A stretch of 64,000 bases of DNA from Camelus ferus (Eukaryota): the NCBI RefSeq assembly GCF_009834535.1, contig NC_045712.1:3410001-3474000 (forward strand). The letters are read 5' to 3'. Below the pieces are notes generated by a model. It was not told the DNA's origin. It ran no database searches and saw nothing but the letters and a program-made list of their open reading frames with translations. Each line of letters begins with the position of its first letter. Position 1 is the stretch's first letter. Of this stretch, positions 50,711 to 61,680 are shown piece by piece. The position numbers and the translations under genes are program-made.

Positions 50711-53700
50711 AGAGTGAATGAGTAACTGCATAGGCAGACCACATGCATACCCAACTCGATGACAGCAGAGGATCTGCCTGCTTGGAAATGGGGAAATAAA
50801 TCCTGGAGTGCTCCGTGTTTAATTAAGAAAGCAGAGCTGGAAATCCATGGAGCCTGTGGTCTCTGAGCATTAACAATCACCCCTCTCATCACTTCCTAGT
50901 ATCAGGCAGGGTCAAGACCACTCTACCAAAGCTCAGAGTCAACTTCTTGTGATGAGAGGCACTCCAACTTTTGTGCCTCTGAAAAAAAATGACATCAGAT
51001 GCCCAGACAATTAATCACTCCGGAGTGCTCAGCCCTCAGACATCAGGAAGGGGAAAAAAAAAAAAAAAAAAAAAACGAAACCAAAACTGTCATCTACTCT
51101 GTAAATCCCTCTAACGAGCTACTTCAAAACTTAGGTAAGCTCCCATGTTACCAAAGGGAAGTTAGAAGGGAGAGAAAAGTCAATAGCGTTGGGGAGAGAA
51201 TTTATAAGGCAGACAGACACTGTATCTTTTAGTACCAATTTTCTTTTTACACATCAAAGTGAAATAGTGCACTAAGAGCCCCTATGCACTTAGTTGCTAT
51301 AATATTTACTTCTAAATTATTATCTTTAATACTTTAATACTAACAGCACCTTGCAGTTATAAAACATCTTGTTCCTGAAAGCTTAAAGTGTTTTCCTACA
51401 TATCTATTCAACTCTACTTAAAACCATATCCTAGGGAGCCAGGGCTGTACCCATTACTAGGGTGTAAAATATGGTTATAAATAGGTTTCAAATTAGTCAA
51501 TTTGATCAACTCATCAATTAGGGCAAGTGGAAAGGAAAACACCTAAGAAGTGAGTGACTTGTTGGGTAAATAGAAGTCCAGCTGTGCTCACATTAAATGA
51601 ACAGAGGGGGAAGGCTGCCTTAGTGACTTGGTGGCCTAATTATAAAAACCTGCTCTCCATCAAATAAACTAGAAGTCCGCCTCCATTATTCAGCCATTTT
51701 AGGCCAATGTAATTTTGAGTTTACAAAAACACGTGGAAAATTGTTTTATCCCTCTACTTTCTATGACCTGTATAGGATCAACTTAAATACCAGAGAAGTA
51801 CTCTTACCTGAAGGATGAGCCAACAGAGCAAAAGGAGGCAGTGGGAAATCAAAGATAAAAAAGCCACCAAGGCCCCAGGGTCGGCTAGAGAACCTGTCCT
51901 CCCTTCTTTACAAACATATGCCCAACCGGAATGGGCATACTTTGAGAAGGGCAGCAATTTTCTGTTTGTTTTATTCATCACCATATCCCTACACCCTGGA
52001 ACAGCATGAGGTAAACTGTAGACATTTAATAAATAATTTTAAAATGAGGGAATGAATATAGGCCAGCAGTCCTGAAGATGGGCCCACCTGCTGATTCTGT
52101 CAGCTGCACGGGATGCAAGAAAAATGTCTAAACATCAAAGCATTGTGTTCCTTTATCAGATACAATGTGTAAAACGTCTGCTGTAAAACTAAATAGCGTA
52201 CAGGCTGTGTCCTTGAGGTCAAAAACAAGGGGAAATTAGACTTGCATTGTATCTAACCTCATGTAATGCAGATGTGGGGAAAGCATCTGAAGATTCCTCT
52301 ACTTGCCTAATGAGATTCATACTCTGTGAGCGTCTATGGAAAGTTAAATTCTTTTAAAAAAAAAAAAAGGAAATAACCATCAACTTATCCCTTTCAATAC
52401 CAGTACAAATCACGTTTGGCAACTTTAGTGCCAACTTTAAAGAGCAAAATTACATACTAGTAAAACCAGTAGCTATAATTGTAGTCTATTAAACTTAATT
52501 ACAGGTAGAGCAAATATATTTATTTATTGAATTCTGTGAGATTAACTTCACACTTGTATCTGTAAAATGATGAGTTCTTAATTCTGACTCCTACAAACTG
52601 AAAATTTTTGTGAGACATATTAGGGTCTCAACCAGCTTCGTAGGAATCCTAACATGGTTTGTTCTAGTCTCCCCTAAACTTTCTTTCTCAAAGTGTGCAG
52701 GAGACATTGTTAATTCACTTTCCATCGTTTAGGTATAGGACATGCCAACTCACATCGTGAAGCCCTCAGCTGTGGGATGCCCCGCAAATAACTTGTAACA
52801 GAGGATGTCAATTAAGTATGGATTTGACAGATGTCTCCAGCTTTCAAACATGAGGGAAAAAAAAAGAGATATTTAACAATTTGTGACATGGGCCCACAAT
52901 CCTACATGGCACAAAGGGAGACACTTAACTACCATGCTGAACCAATATTACAGAATCTCTATTTTCTGACAACTGGTCTAGCTCTTCATTCATGATCTCA
53001 GTCTGGTTTCTACAGGTCTTTGCTTTGGGCTTTCTGGCTCTCAGAAGAGTTTGAGTATTGCAGCATGAGCCCAGAGCCTGAAGAGCCATTTAAGAGTGAC
53101 TCTCTTGCCAGAGAAAGGGTACTCTGTGGTTCTGGAAACCCTATGCTCCATTCTTAGTAATACTACTTACTATTCTGGATAGCCCCCCAGCCCTGGTAGA
53201 AGAGTCGGACCAGATAATCTAGCGCATTGCCAGATTTAACATTCCATGATGTCACACACTGTTTCCCCATTTGCTGTGCGGGCCATCCTTGAAAACACGG
53301 GAAGTAACCTATAAGAGGGTCACTTGAATGTTATCGCTGCCAGTTCTGTGACATTCCAGAATCACTTCTAAAACTGCTAATGAAAAAAAAATTTTTTTAA
53401 GAAAAAGTTGATCAATGTAGCTTTGTCCGAAGCAATTTTATCTGTAAAATAATGTATTTTATTTACAAGTTACACTTTTTTTTTCCTATACTACCTAAAG
53501 TTACCAAATATTCCACCAGAGGTATTTACTTCACATCCTGGGAAAAATCCCCAGGTGAAACCCCAAGTTTACAAAAAGGGATATTTTACAGGAATTGTCA
53601 GAGCCTTATCTACAGTTTCAAACTGGTTCCAAACTAATTTTCAGATAATTTTGAGATTGAATATCATCAAATACAAACTTAAGAATGTTTCCCAGGGGAA

Positions 53701-53858
53701 ATATTTTAGTCTATCATGTTATATGTATGACTATCTTGAATATTACTTGCCTGTTATGAAAATAATTCAGAAAAAATACCACTGTAACCAATGTATCATT
53801 CAGTCATGGCCTTTGATGAACATTAAAGATCTGCAAAGATTTTAGCTTCAATGTATAA

Positions 53859-53906
53859 ACAGACACACAGACACACAGACCCACACACACACAGACACAC
53901 ACACAC
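53859..53906. repeat. Interrupted (CA)n microsatellite
   Basis: Direct read. Confidence 0.9.
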
Positions 53907-56900
53907 CAGGTAGCCTGAGAAACTGTTTTTCCCCTAATAATTTAGGTAAGAATGTTTAAAAGTAAAGTCATTTTTAAAGCTTTCACATCTCTTAGATGTA
54001 CTCGCATGCCACAAAAGGTACTTTCAACAAGAAATATAATACTACAAGAGAGGTTAACAACAGCAATCAACTGAATACCCGAGCGGATTCCCGCAGGGAG
54101 AGGTAGGGGGGACTCTGGGGAAGGACTGTGTCAGTCTAAATCTGTTTTTCTTTTCTCTAAGCACATAGCCAGACAGCTGGGTGGGAGGGAGAGTCACACA
54201 CCTTAAATTACCAGATTCACACTTAACACACACATCATAAAGATGCCAGAGACTGCGTTTGAACACATGATTTGTTCTCTTCTGGGAGATGATGCTTGTT
54301 TCCCCCCCCGGAGTCAAGCATTACGCCTGTATATGAGCAGCTCCAGCAACCTGAAAGGCGCACCAATGCGATGAATTCTAAGCAGCTCAGAGGCAAAGTT
54401 CTTGCACATGACTGTGTATAATTAGTGATGTGAAGCTCCTGTCCGGTAGATAAGGGCACTTATTTGAATGTTCTCGAGACCTAAACATCTTACTCTGGCT
54501 ACGATGCTCGGTAGAAGAAATGTGAAATGAAAGGGTTTCAAGAAGTCATTCCGTACTGTGGTACCTCACATTGCACCATGAGAACTTGAAATTTACTTCC
54601 GAGCAGTTGGAGTGATGTGATAAAATCAAACTCCTGAGACCTCCTGGTCGCATCTCCTGGGACCATTTGGGATAATTCTGATTAATCGTGCGTGGGTGTG
54701 TGCGGGGCGGGGGGGTGATGAGAAACAAAAACTGAAAGATCGAGACTATTCACTAGCAACTAGTAAAACAGTTACACAGTTTTCATGAGTCCTTGTCTAC
54801 CAACATTTACCACACTAAACATGATATCCTTACATACTATTCCAGAGGTCCTCATTCAAAGAAGACAGTCCACTGCTGATGCCACCACACACATTTCATT
54901 TAAAATAATTATATTTGTAAAGCTTGTTTGGCCAGTTTAGTTAAGAGCCAAAGGCATTCCTTTTTCTCTGTATCTCCTCATTGATGTAAATTTCTCAATC
55001 ATTTGCACAGTAACTTAGCAGTATCTCTGCCAATTAATTTGGACTTAGTCCCAGTGCCCCGACACTTGCTAGTTTTCATTTGCTCATACAGTTTCTCTTT
55101 TGTAGCATGAAGCCACACCTCTTTCAACCACAATACACTCATTCCTCTACTTCCTTATTTATATATGTTTTTTTTCAGGGCACTCAAATTTCTATCCCAT
55201 AATTTAGAATTTCCTTCTGGCAAGCCTTAAATCTGCCTCCTTGAGTCCCCTTTGCCAAATGCCTGGCACAGTCAGCTTCTCTAAATTCTGTCATATCCTT
55301 AGAATCTGTAGCTCGGCATTTTATATCTAACCATAGAAATACTTTATTCCCTGGCAGCTCCTGCTTATGTGTGCCGCTCAGTATTAAATCATCCTGGTCC
55401 TTCCTTGAAACAACAGAGAAATTTCCTCTAATGTGCAGAAGGGCTCTGAATCTCATTCCTACATTGTTATGTGGACGAGGAAGATGTGAAACTAGGAACA
55501 AAACTTATAGCCATGTCTTAGACCAATTTACAACTTTACCTGTTTAACTGCACAGTAAAACAGTCTAATAAGCCACTGGAGCTATTAACTGAGTGATATT
55601 AAATTGAACAACCTCAAGTCATCGGATCCACTGGTTTAAAACCAAAAGTAGTACCTCTGAAGCTGGCTGGTAACTTTATAATCAAGTATTTGAGAACCAC
55701 AAATTATCAGACATATCTGTCACCATCATATTTTTTTTTGAGGAGAAATAGAACATAAATACAAAATCATTTTTGTCATGGAAGGATGCACGACTGTAAA
55801 ACAGAGGAATCATTCCACATTACTGGTTCTACTTACTACAGGGCCTGCCGCCTAAAAAGCCAGGGTATCTACTCAATTTTATGAGATTTGGAAAATTAAT
55901 TTTATACTCTGCACGGATCACATCAAATACAGTCTACAAGTTTAATAAGAAATAACATTAATATTCCAACTCCAGAATAATAAGTCCCATAGACAGAGAT
56001 TTTTCTAATGGTAAAATTTGAAAGCAAAATTAATACTCCAACTTACATGTAAAAGCTGTCATAACACTACCCTGCTCTGGAATGAGCAGTAAAGCCCATC
56101 CAAGCTATTAACGTCATCAAATAGCCACTTACCATCCATCTCAGAGTACACATGTTGGATGTTAAAAATACATGAGAACATTGTCAACTGTTAAGTAGAC
56201 TATTAGCCTGCAATTACTTGGGCCATCCCAGCTATCCAGTCAATGTGGTGTTGTTGTTGTTGTTTTTAATAGTGAAAGAAACAAAAAGTACTATCATCCT
56301 TGCATTACAAATATCAATTCTGAAATTAATTTACCTTCTTCTGGTAGAAGATGCTCAAATGAAATTTACTCATAATTTGGCTTCAAGAAGCCCCATGATC
56401 ATTAGTGGTGGGTTTAGTAAACTCATCATTTGCCATTTTTAACTGAGAGTCTCATCTAGTAATGAACAGTTCTGAGATTTCAATACCTGTATAATGAAGA
56501 CAATTTTCCATAAAGCTTTTCTTTTTTAACTTGGATTCTACATAGTTGCTTGCCTGATTTTGCATATGTATGTATGTAGGTATGTATTTCTTAATGAAGT
56601 CATTTATGGCTTTTTATTTTCCATACCGTTTTACAAGAGTATCATTTCTCACAGAAAAATAAAACCCCTTGGCAAACTTTTTTCCCTTTCTTAAAAATCA
56701 AGCTCTTTAATATCCTGTGACACTAAAGTGGATTCTCATTTGTGAATTTTTTTGTTTTATTTTTAAATTAAGTTTTGTCAGCTGAATACATTCGAATGAA
56801 TCCTGCTTAGCCACCTTCAGTTTAGAATATAAAATTAATTTTTCTCTTATTTTGAAAATTAATGTGGGCAATTTACACACATACATATACACACACAGCA

Positions 56901-57099
56901 CCAAAATGTTCAGTGTCCCTGCTGCACAGACAGGCTCAGGACTAAGTAAACATGATACACAACACAGCAGGATATCAAGTTTATCACTTATCCCTCAATG
57001 ACCTCTCATAAGGAAAAGTGACAGACAAAAAGGTTCCGCAAGAGAACAGACAATCCCAACCTTGCTTCTGTTGACTTTAGAACGACTCACTAATGAAAC

Positions 57100-57252
57100 A
57101 GGGCAGCAGGGAGGCAGGGGAAAAGGTAACTGGGGACAGGGTAGAGAAGAAAGAGGTGGAGATAGAAAAGAGAAGGAAGAATGAAGGGGAGGCAGGGAGG
57201 AAAGAAGGAAGGAAGGGAAACGGAAAGGAATAAAAGGAGGAAGGAAGAAAGA
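57100..57252. repeat. GA-rich low-complexity polypurine tract
   Basis: Nearly all purines on plus, GGAA/GAAG-type units. Confidence 0.85.
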
Positions 57253-57394
57253 ATCCAATGTGCTTTGGATGACAATCATGTCACATTTCACCCAGTCCCA
57301 AGGCAATCCGAGGGGCTATCTGGAGTGAGTGAGAGGCCAGAACGAGGTGTCATGAGAACAGACTTTCCAAAGGTAGAGAGTATCTGAGAGAGCA

Positions 57395-57470
57395 CACTGT
57401 TTTACAGGGGGTACTGAGGCACAGAGAGGTACAGTGGCTTGTTAGAGATTGCACAGCAACTTAAAAGAGG
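57395..57470 (-). mobile_element. MIR core fragment
   Basis: TTTTACAGGGGGTACTGAGGCACAGAGAGGTACAGTGGCTTG. Confidence 0.75.
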
Positions 57471-58835
57471 TAAGTTTAAGTTTCCGCTAGTTCGGGTGAT
57501 AACTGAAGGAGTGGACACTTTGATAATGCTGAGTCAAAGCTTACTAATATTTAAAAATCAGCCAAAATTTTGGGAGTTATCAAATTCATGTATTTTCTAT
57601 TCGACCATATTCACTTTTGAATGTCTTGTGGAAACAGTTTATAGAACTTCACACCTCACCTCACATTTGGGGGTGCAACCCATCAAGCAGGGCTAGGGTG
57701 TAATTTGTGTGCAGAGAGGACCTGCTAACAAATACTGTGGGGGATGGTGTGAAGTTGTCTACGTCTCAGCCCAGCGGCTCTGGGACAGACAAACAGTGTG
57801 CCAAGGCCCAAAACACAGTGGCCAGGGGCTTTCCTCTCTGTGGATGTGCCCCTTCTCATAGGACTCTGCTCTGTCCAACCCCAGCACCTTCTAGATTTCT
57901 GCAGCAGTGCTGAACTTGGAGCTGCCCAGAAGTTGTCTCGAGGCTAGTGGATTTGCATGCATGCTTGCAAACACATAGATACGCTATTTTCACGTACAAA
58001 GTGCAAGACTTTTATTATCTTCTATAGCATTTGAAATCTATGTTGAAGGCCAATCAAATCACCATGGCTTTAAAAGCCCCTCTTACAAGGTATATGTAAC
58101 ACCCATCTGGCCTCCCTATCTGTCAAATGAGCGGACCCTAAACTTAACCTCTGAAGCATCCAATTCCCCTTTTCTACGGATTACGCACAACTGGGGAGAT
58201 GGTGTCCCAATTTTGAGTAAATAATCAAAACATTTCTTTTTTTTTTTAATCAAAACATTTCTAAAGTAATAGGAGCACACTATAAGTCTTGCAAATACCT
58301 CTTGATGCTTTGAGGTGACCAGCTGCAACCACCCCCCAAAAAAAGTTTAACATCATAGAAGTTGAAATTTGTAAATGTTTGAATGGAAAATAAGTCAAAC
58401 TTAACTACTTCAGAAAAGTACTTCTCTATAAAGGGCAAAAGTTCTTGCTAGACATATATATATATATGTATATATGAATCCAGGAATCTCATACAAAAAA
58501 ATTAAAATTCAAAAGAAAACAACATGTACTAAATTAGGCAGACATAAAACAAATAGTCGTACAAAAATCACTGGACCTAAACTACCTCTATTTTTGTTCT
58601 TTCATCATTTTAAATAAGATCATACCTTTGCAAGATCATATACTTGGACTAGTTACAGAGACACACACAATTATTTAAAATACAGCCTAGGCTTCCTCTG
58701 TAACCATCACTCACAGAAGTCAGCTCAGTTTGGGAAGAAGACATTCCCCATTCTTTTGTTTTGGGGAAATATGACCATTCAGAACACTTGCCTTTACTTC
58801 AGACTTCAGTATTTCCGACCCTTCAACACACTTAC

Positions 58836-58960
58836 TTCTTTTCCGGAGAACAGACTTCTCCTCAGAGACAGCCCTGGGACAGCTCGCTACCCAGAGGGAC
58901 CGCGGCCATTCTCCTCTGGCTTCGCCTCGCCAGTTGCTAAGCATCCTTTATTGGTTTGCT
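58836..58960 (-). promoter_or_regulatory. Candidate alternative promoter/first exon with RFX X-box-like and CCAAT motifs
   Basis: GTTGCTAAGCATC (58933-58945); CCAAT on minus just upstream of an ATG at 58944; several CpGs; GAA|GTAAGT donor at 58836/58835. Confidence 0.3.
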
Positions 58961-60374
58961 ACCTTTTCTTCCCTCCAAACCTCAAGCTCTGAAAGGGCCT
59001 GTGCTCACGTACACAGCCAGCTATTTTGAGTCTTCTCCCCTTCGCCTCATTTCCCTCAACCAAATCTAATGAGAACGTACTTTGTCCTCACCAGTAAGGC
59101 ACTTTCATCCTTCACAGCCTGTGGTTTGTCTCTGTTTTGAGACTTACTGCCTATTCAGAGAAATTGTATCTCCACTCCGGAAATCATGGGGTCCTCTGGC
59201 TCCACAGACTCAAGCTCAAGGAAGGCACTGTGACTCCCCTTTGCAGGTGGGAGTGATCTGAAGTTGACTATGGTCCACATCAGCTCTGGCCATCGGTTCG
59301 AGTGGTTAAAGCCTCTTATATCCAAATGCTGTTCTGACAGCAGCTGGGTTGTCTACTTTCAATCCAGGAAGCAAAGTATGATGTATACTTAGGTAAGGGA
59401 AATCCAGACAAAAATCCACATGTCCCTTTCCATAGTGATAACAATCTTTAATTTCATTAAGCCATTGATCACTGGAAAGGGACCATGCAAACATTATTAA
59501 CAACATTAATTTCTAATATCATTTTTATGATCAATTCATCTTGCATGGATAACGAGGATTAATTTGACAGATTGCATTTGGAGACATATGAAAGATAAAT
59601 GAATCTGGATCTGAACTGATATTTTTTTGCTTCTTTAAATTCACATTTCTTCATTAAAAAGTAGTGCATTCAAAAGCAAAAGTGGGCTAAACATAGGCTC
59701 TTATTTTTAAACACTGTCCCTTAGAATGAAAAAGGAAACATACAGTTTATATTTACAAATATTCCTAATAGTTAACCCCACCCCCAGCAAAGTTTCTAAA
59801 CAGCATGCAACTGAAAAACGAGAGAAACTTTCCTGTTTCTGTATTTCTTAGTGACAGCAGAGAGCCGCAAAATAAACTACCTTACATAAATTCTGGAAAT
59901 ACTGACCGTGCTTCTTTTATATAGAAACACATGCAAGATGATCTCTTTACATAGGTACATTACTTCTACTTACATTTTTCTTGCAGTGGCCAGAGATAGA
60001 GAAGAAGATAAATATAAGCTTAAACCCTCCTGAGCACCACAGAAAATGCACCCATGCTTCCAAAAATAAAACAAAGCCAGTAATTTTTAACTTCTATAAA
60101 AGCATTCTAAAGGTCTCTTATTTCCTTGTATGAATCAATTATAAAAGAGACCTGACAGCAACAGCAAGCTCTAAACAGATAACACTCTGTCTCACCAGCT
60201 TGACTCAACAAAGAGCGGTGGAACAGAAAATCAACTGCAGCTTGCAAAGTCACATTCACATGGAGCTGTAGGGAGAAAGAAGAGGGAGAAAAACCTGGTA
60301 CTTACAGACTGGAAAGTAAAATGTCCCAGTTTCGCTTTACATGTTACAGCAAATCAAACAGAGATTCCAGCTCT

Positions 60375-60522
60375 NNNNNNNNNNNNNNNNNNNNNNNNNN
60401 NNNNNNNNNNNNNNNNNNNNNNNNNNNNNNNNNNNNNNNNNNNNNNNNNNNNNNNNNNNNNNNNNNNNNNNNNNNNNNNNNNNNNNNNNNNNNNNNNNNN
60501 NNNNNNNNNNNNNNNNNNNNNN
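60375..60522. other. Assembly gap (148 N) in apparently unique sequence
   Basis: N run. Confidence 1.
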
Positions 60523-61529
60523 CCAGCATTAATCAAGGAGGACCCAGCTCCGTGGCTGTGTTCCCCAAAGGATCGACATAATTAGCGCATGAATCAAAGA
60601 TGCACACTGGGAGAATCACACACATCTCTAACTGGCTCTGCTCACATAGAACCTGATTAGGAAATCAAGTTGGTTCCCCGATCAAATGTGTTCCACCTTT
60701 CACAGATACACAGAGACGCGCACAGCTGTTTATAGATTTCAAGGGAGGGGCAAGAGATTAAGGCTTCCTTCCCAATGGGCAATTTATGTAATTCCTCAAC
60801 TCTGCAATATAATTACACTGGTTGTTCGCTACATATGGTGGGTTTGCCCTGTGATTTGATGTGTCTGTTAGGGTTTTTTTTTGCAGCTCCCAGGAAGCTT
60901 ACAGGCTGCAGCATTTCCCCTATGGATTTAGTGGGATATGTTATGTGTATATTCTTCGCAGATCTAGACGGTGGGGAGACAGGTTTGATGAAAGCTCGTC
61001 TCTCTCAGGGCATTTTAAGTGTCCAAATATATGCTTATTACTGAGCTCTGGAAGTCCAGGGCATTCAAGCAGAGGGTTTGGCATAAAACTCAGGACACCA
61101 AGTACTCAAAAAGGATCGGGTAATGTTGATTCTGCTTACATAAATGAAGTACCACACTTCTTCAGTCTATCTGCATGGTGATGCAGTCAGGATGTGCAAA
61201 CTAGTAGCCTGTGGACATGCTCGGTTTGGCAAGAAAGAGATTTTAGAATTTGAATGTGAACATTTTTAAACAGAACATGTGTTCTGTACTTTACCAAAAT
61301 GGTGCCAACTCCTGCTTTTGCTCATATATGCTACCTGCCAGCCCCTGAAGACATTTGCTTATGTAAATTTGACCTTAGCTAAGCAACTGTGGGTTAGGGA
61401 TGTAAAACATTCCATTTCAGAGAAAGGAGACTCATGTCTCCTGTCACTCATACAAGGCTGTGCGTAAGGCACTGTGTGATCATTTAAAGTTCCAACACAC
61501 CAAGCAGCTTAGAGTTAGTAAGCTTCTGT

Positions 61530-61680
61530 GATAGACGGGGTGGAAATTAGGGAGAGAAAATCTGAGTTCTAATCCTCACCTTGCTAAGAAAATCAGATGA
61601 TCTACAATATGCCTACATCTCTCTGAACTTTCTGTTTCTTATCTGTACAATCAGGCCTTGGTCCAGATCTCTGAGAACTC
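61530..61680 (+). mobile_element. MIR-family fragment
   Basis: TCTGAGTTCTAATCCTCACC...CTCTCTGAACTTTCTGTTTCTTATCTGTACAAT. Confidence 0.6.

Noticed and set aside
56605-56625. TATGGCTTTTTATT matching the 5' part of miR-135a
   Set aside because: The match ends after 14 nt and no precursor hairpin is evident
57951-57958. Several ATTTGCAT octamers across the window
   Set aside because: Count is close to chance for this base composition
59285-59312. GGTTCGAGTGGTTAAAGC, tRNA-like boxes
   Set aside because: B-box-like word precedes the A-box-like word; no cloverleaf
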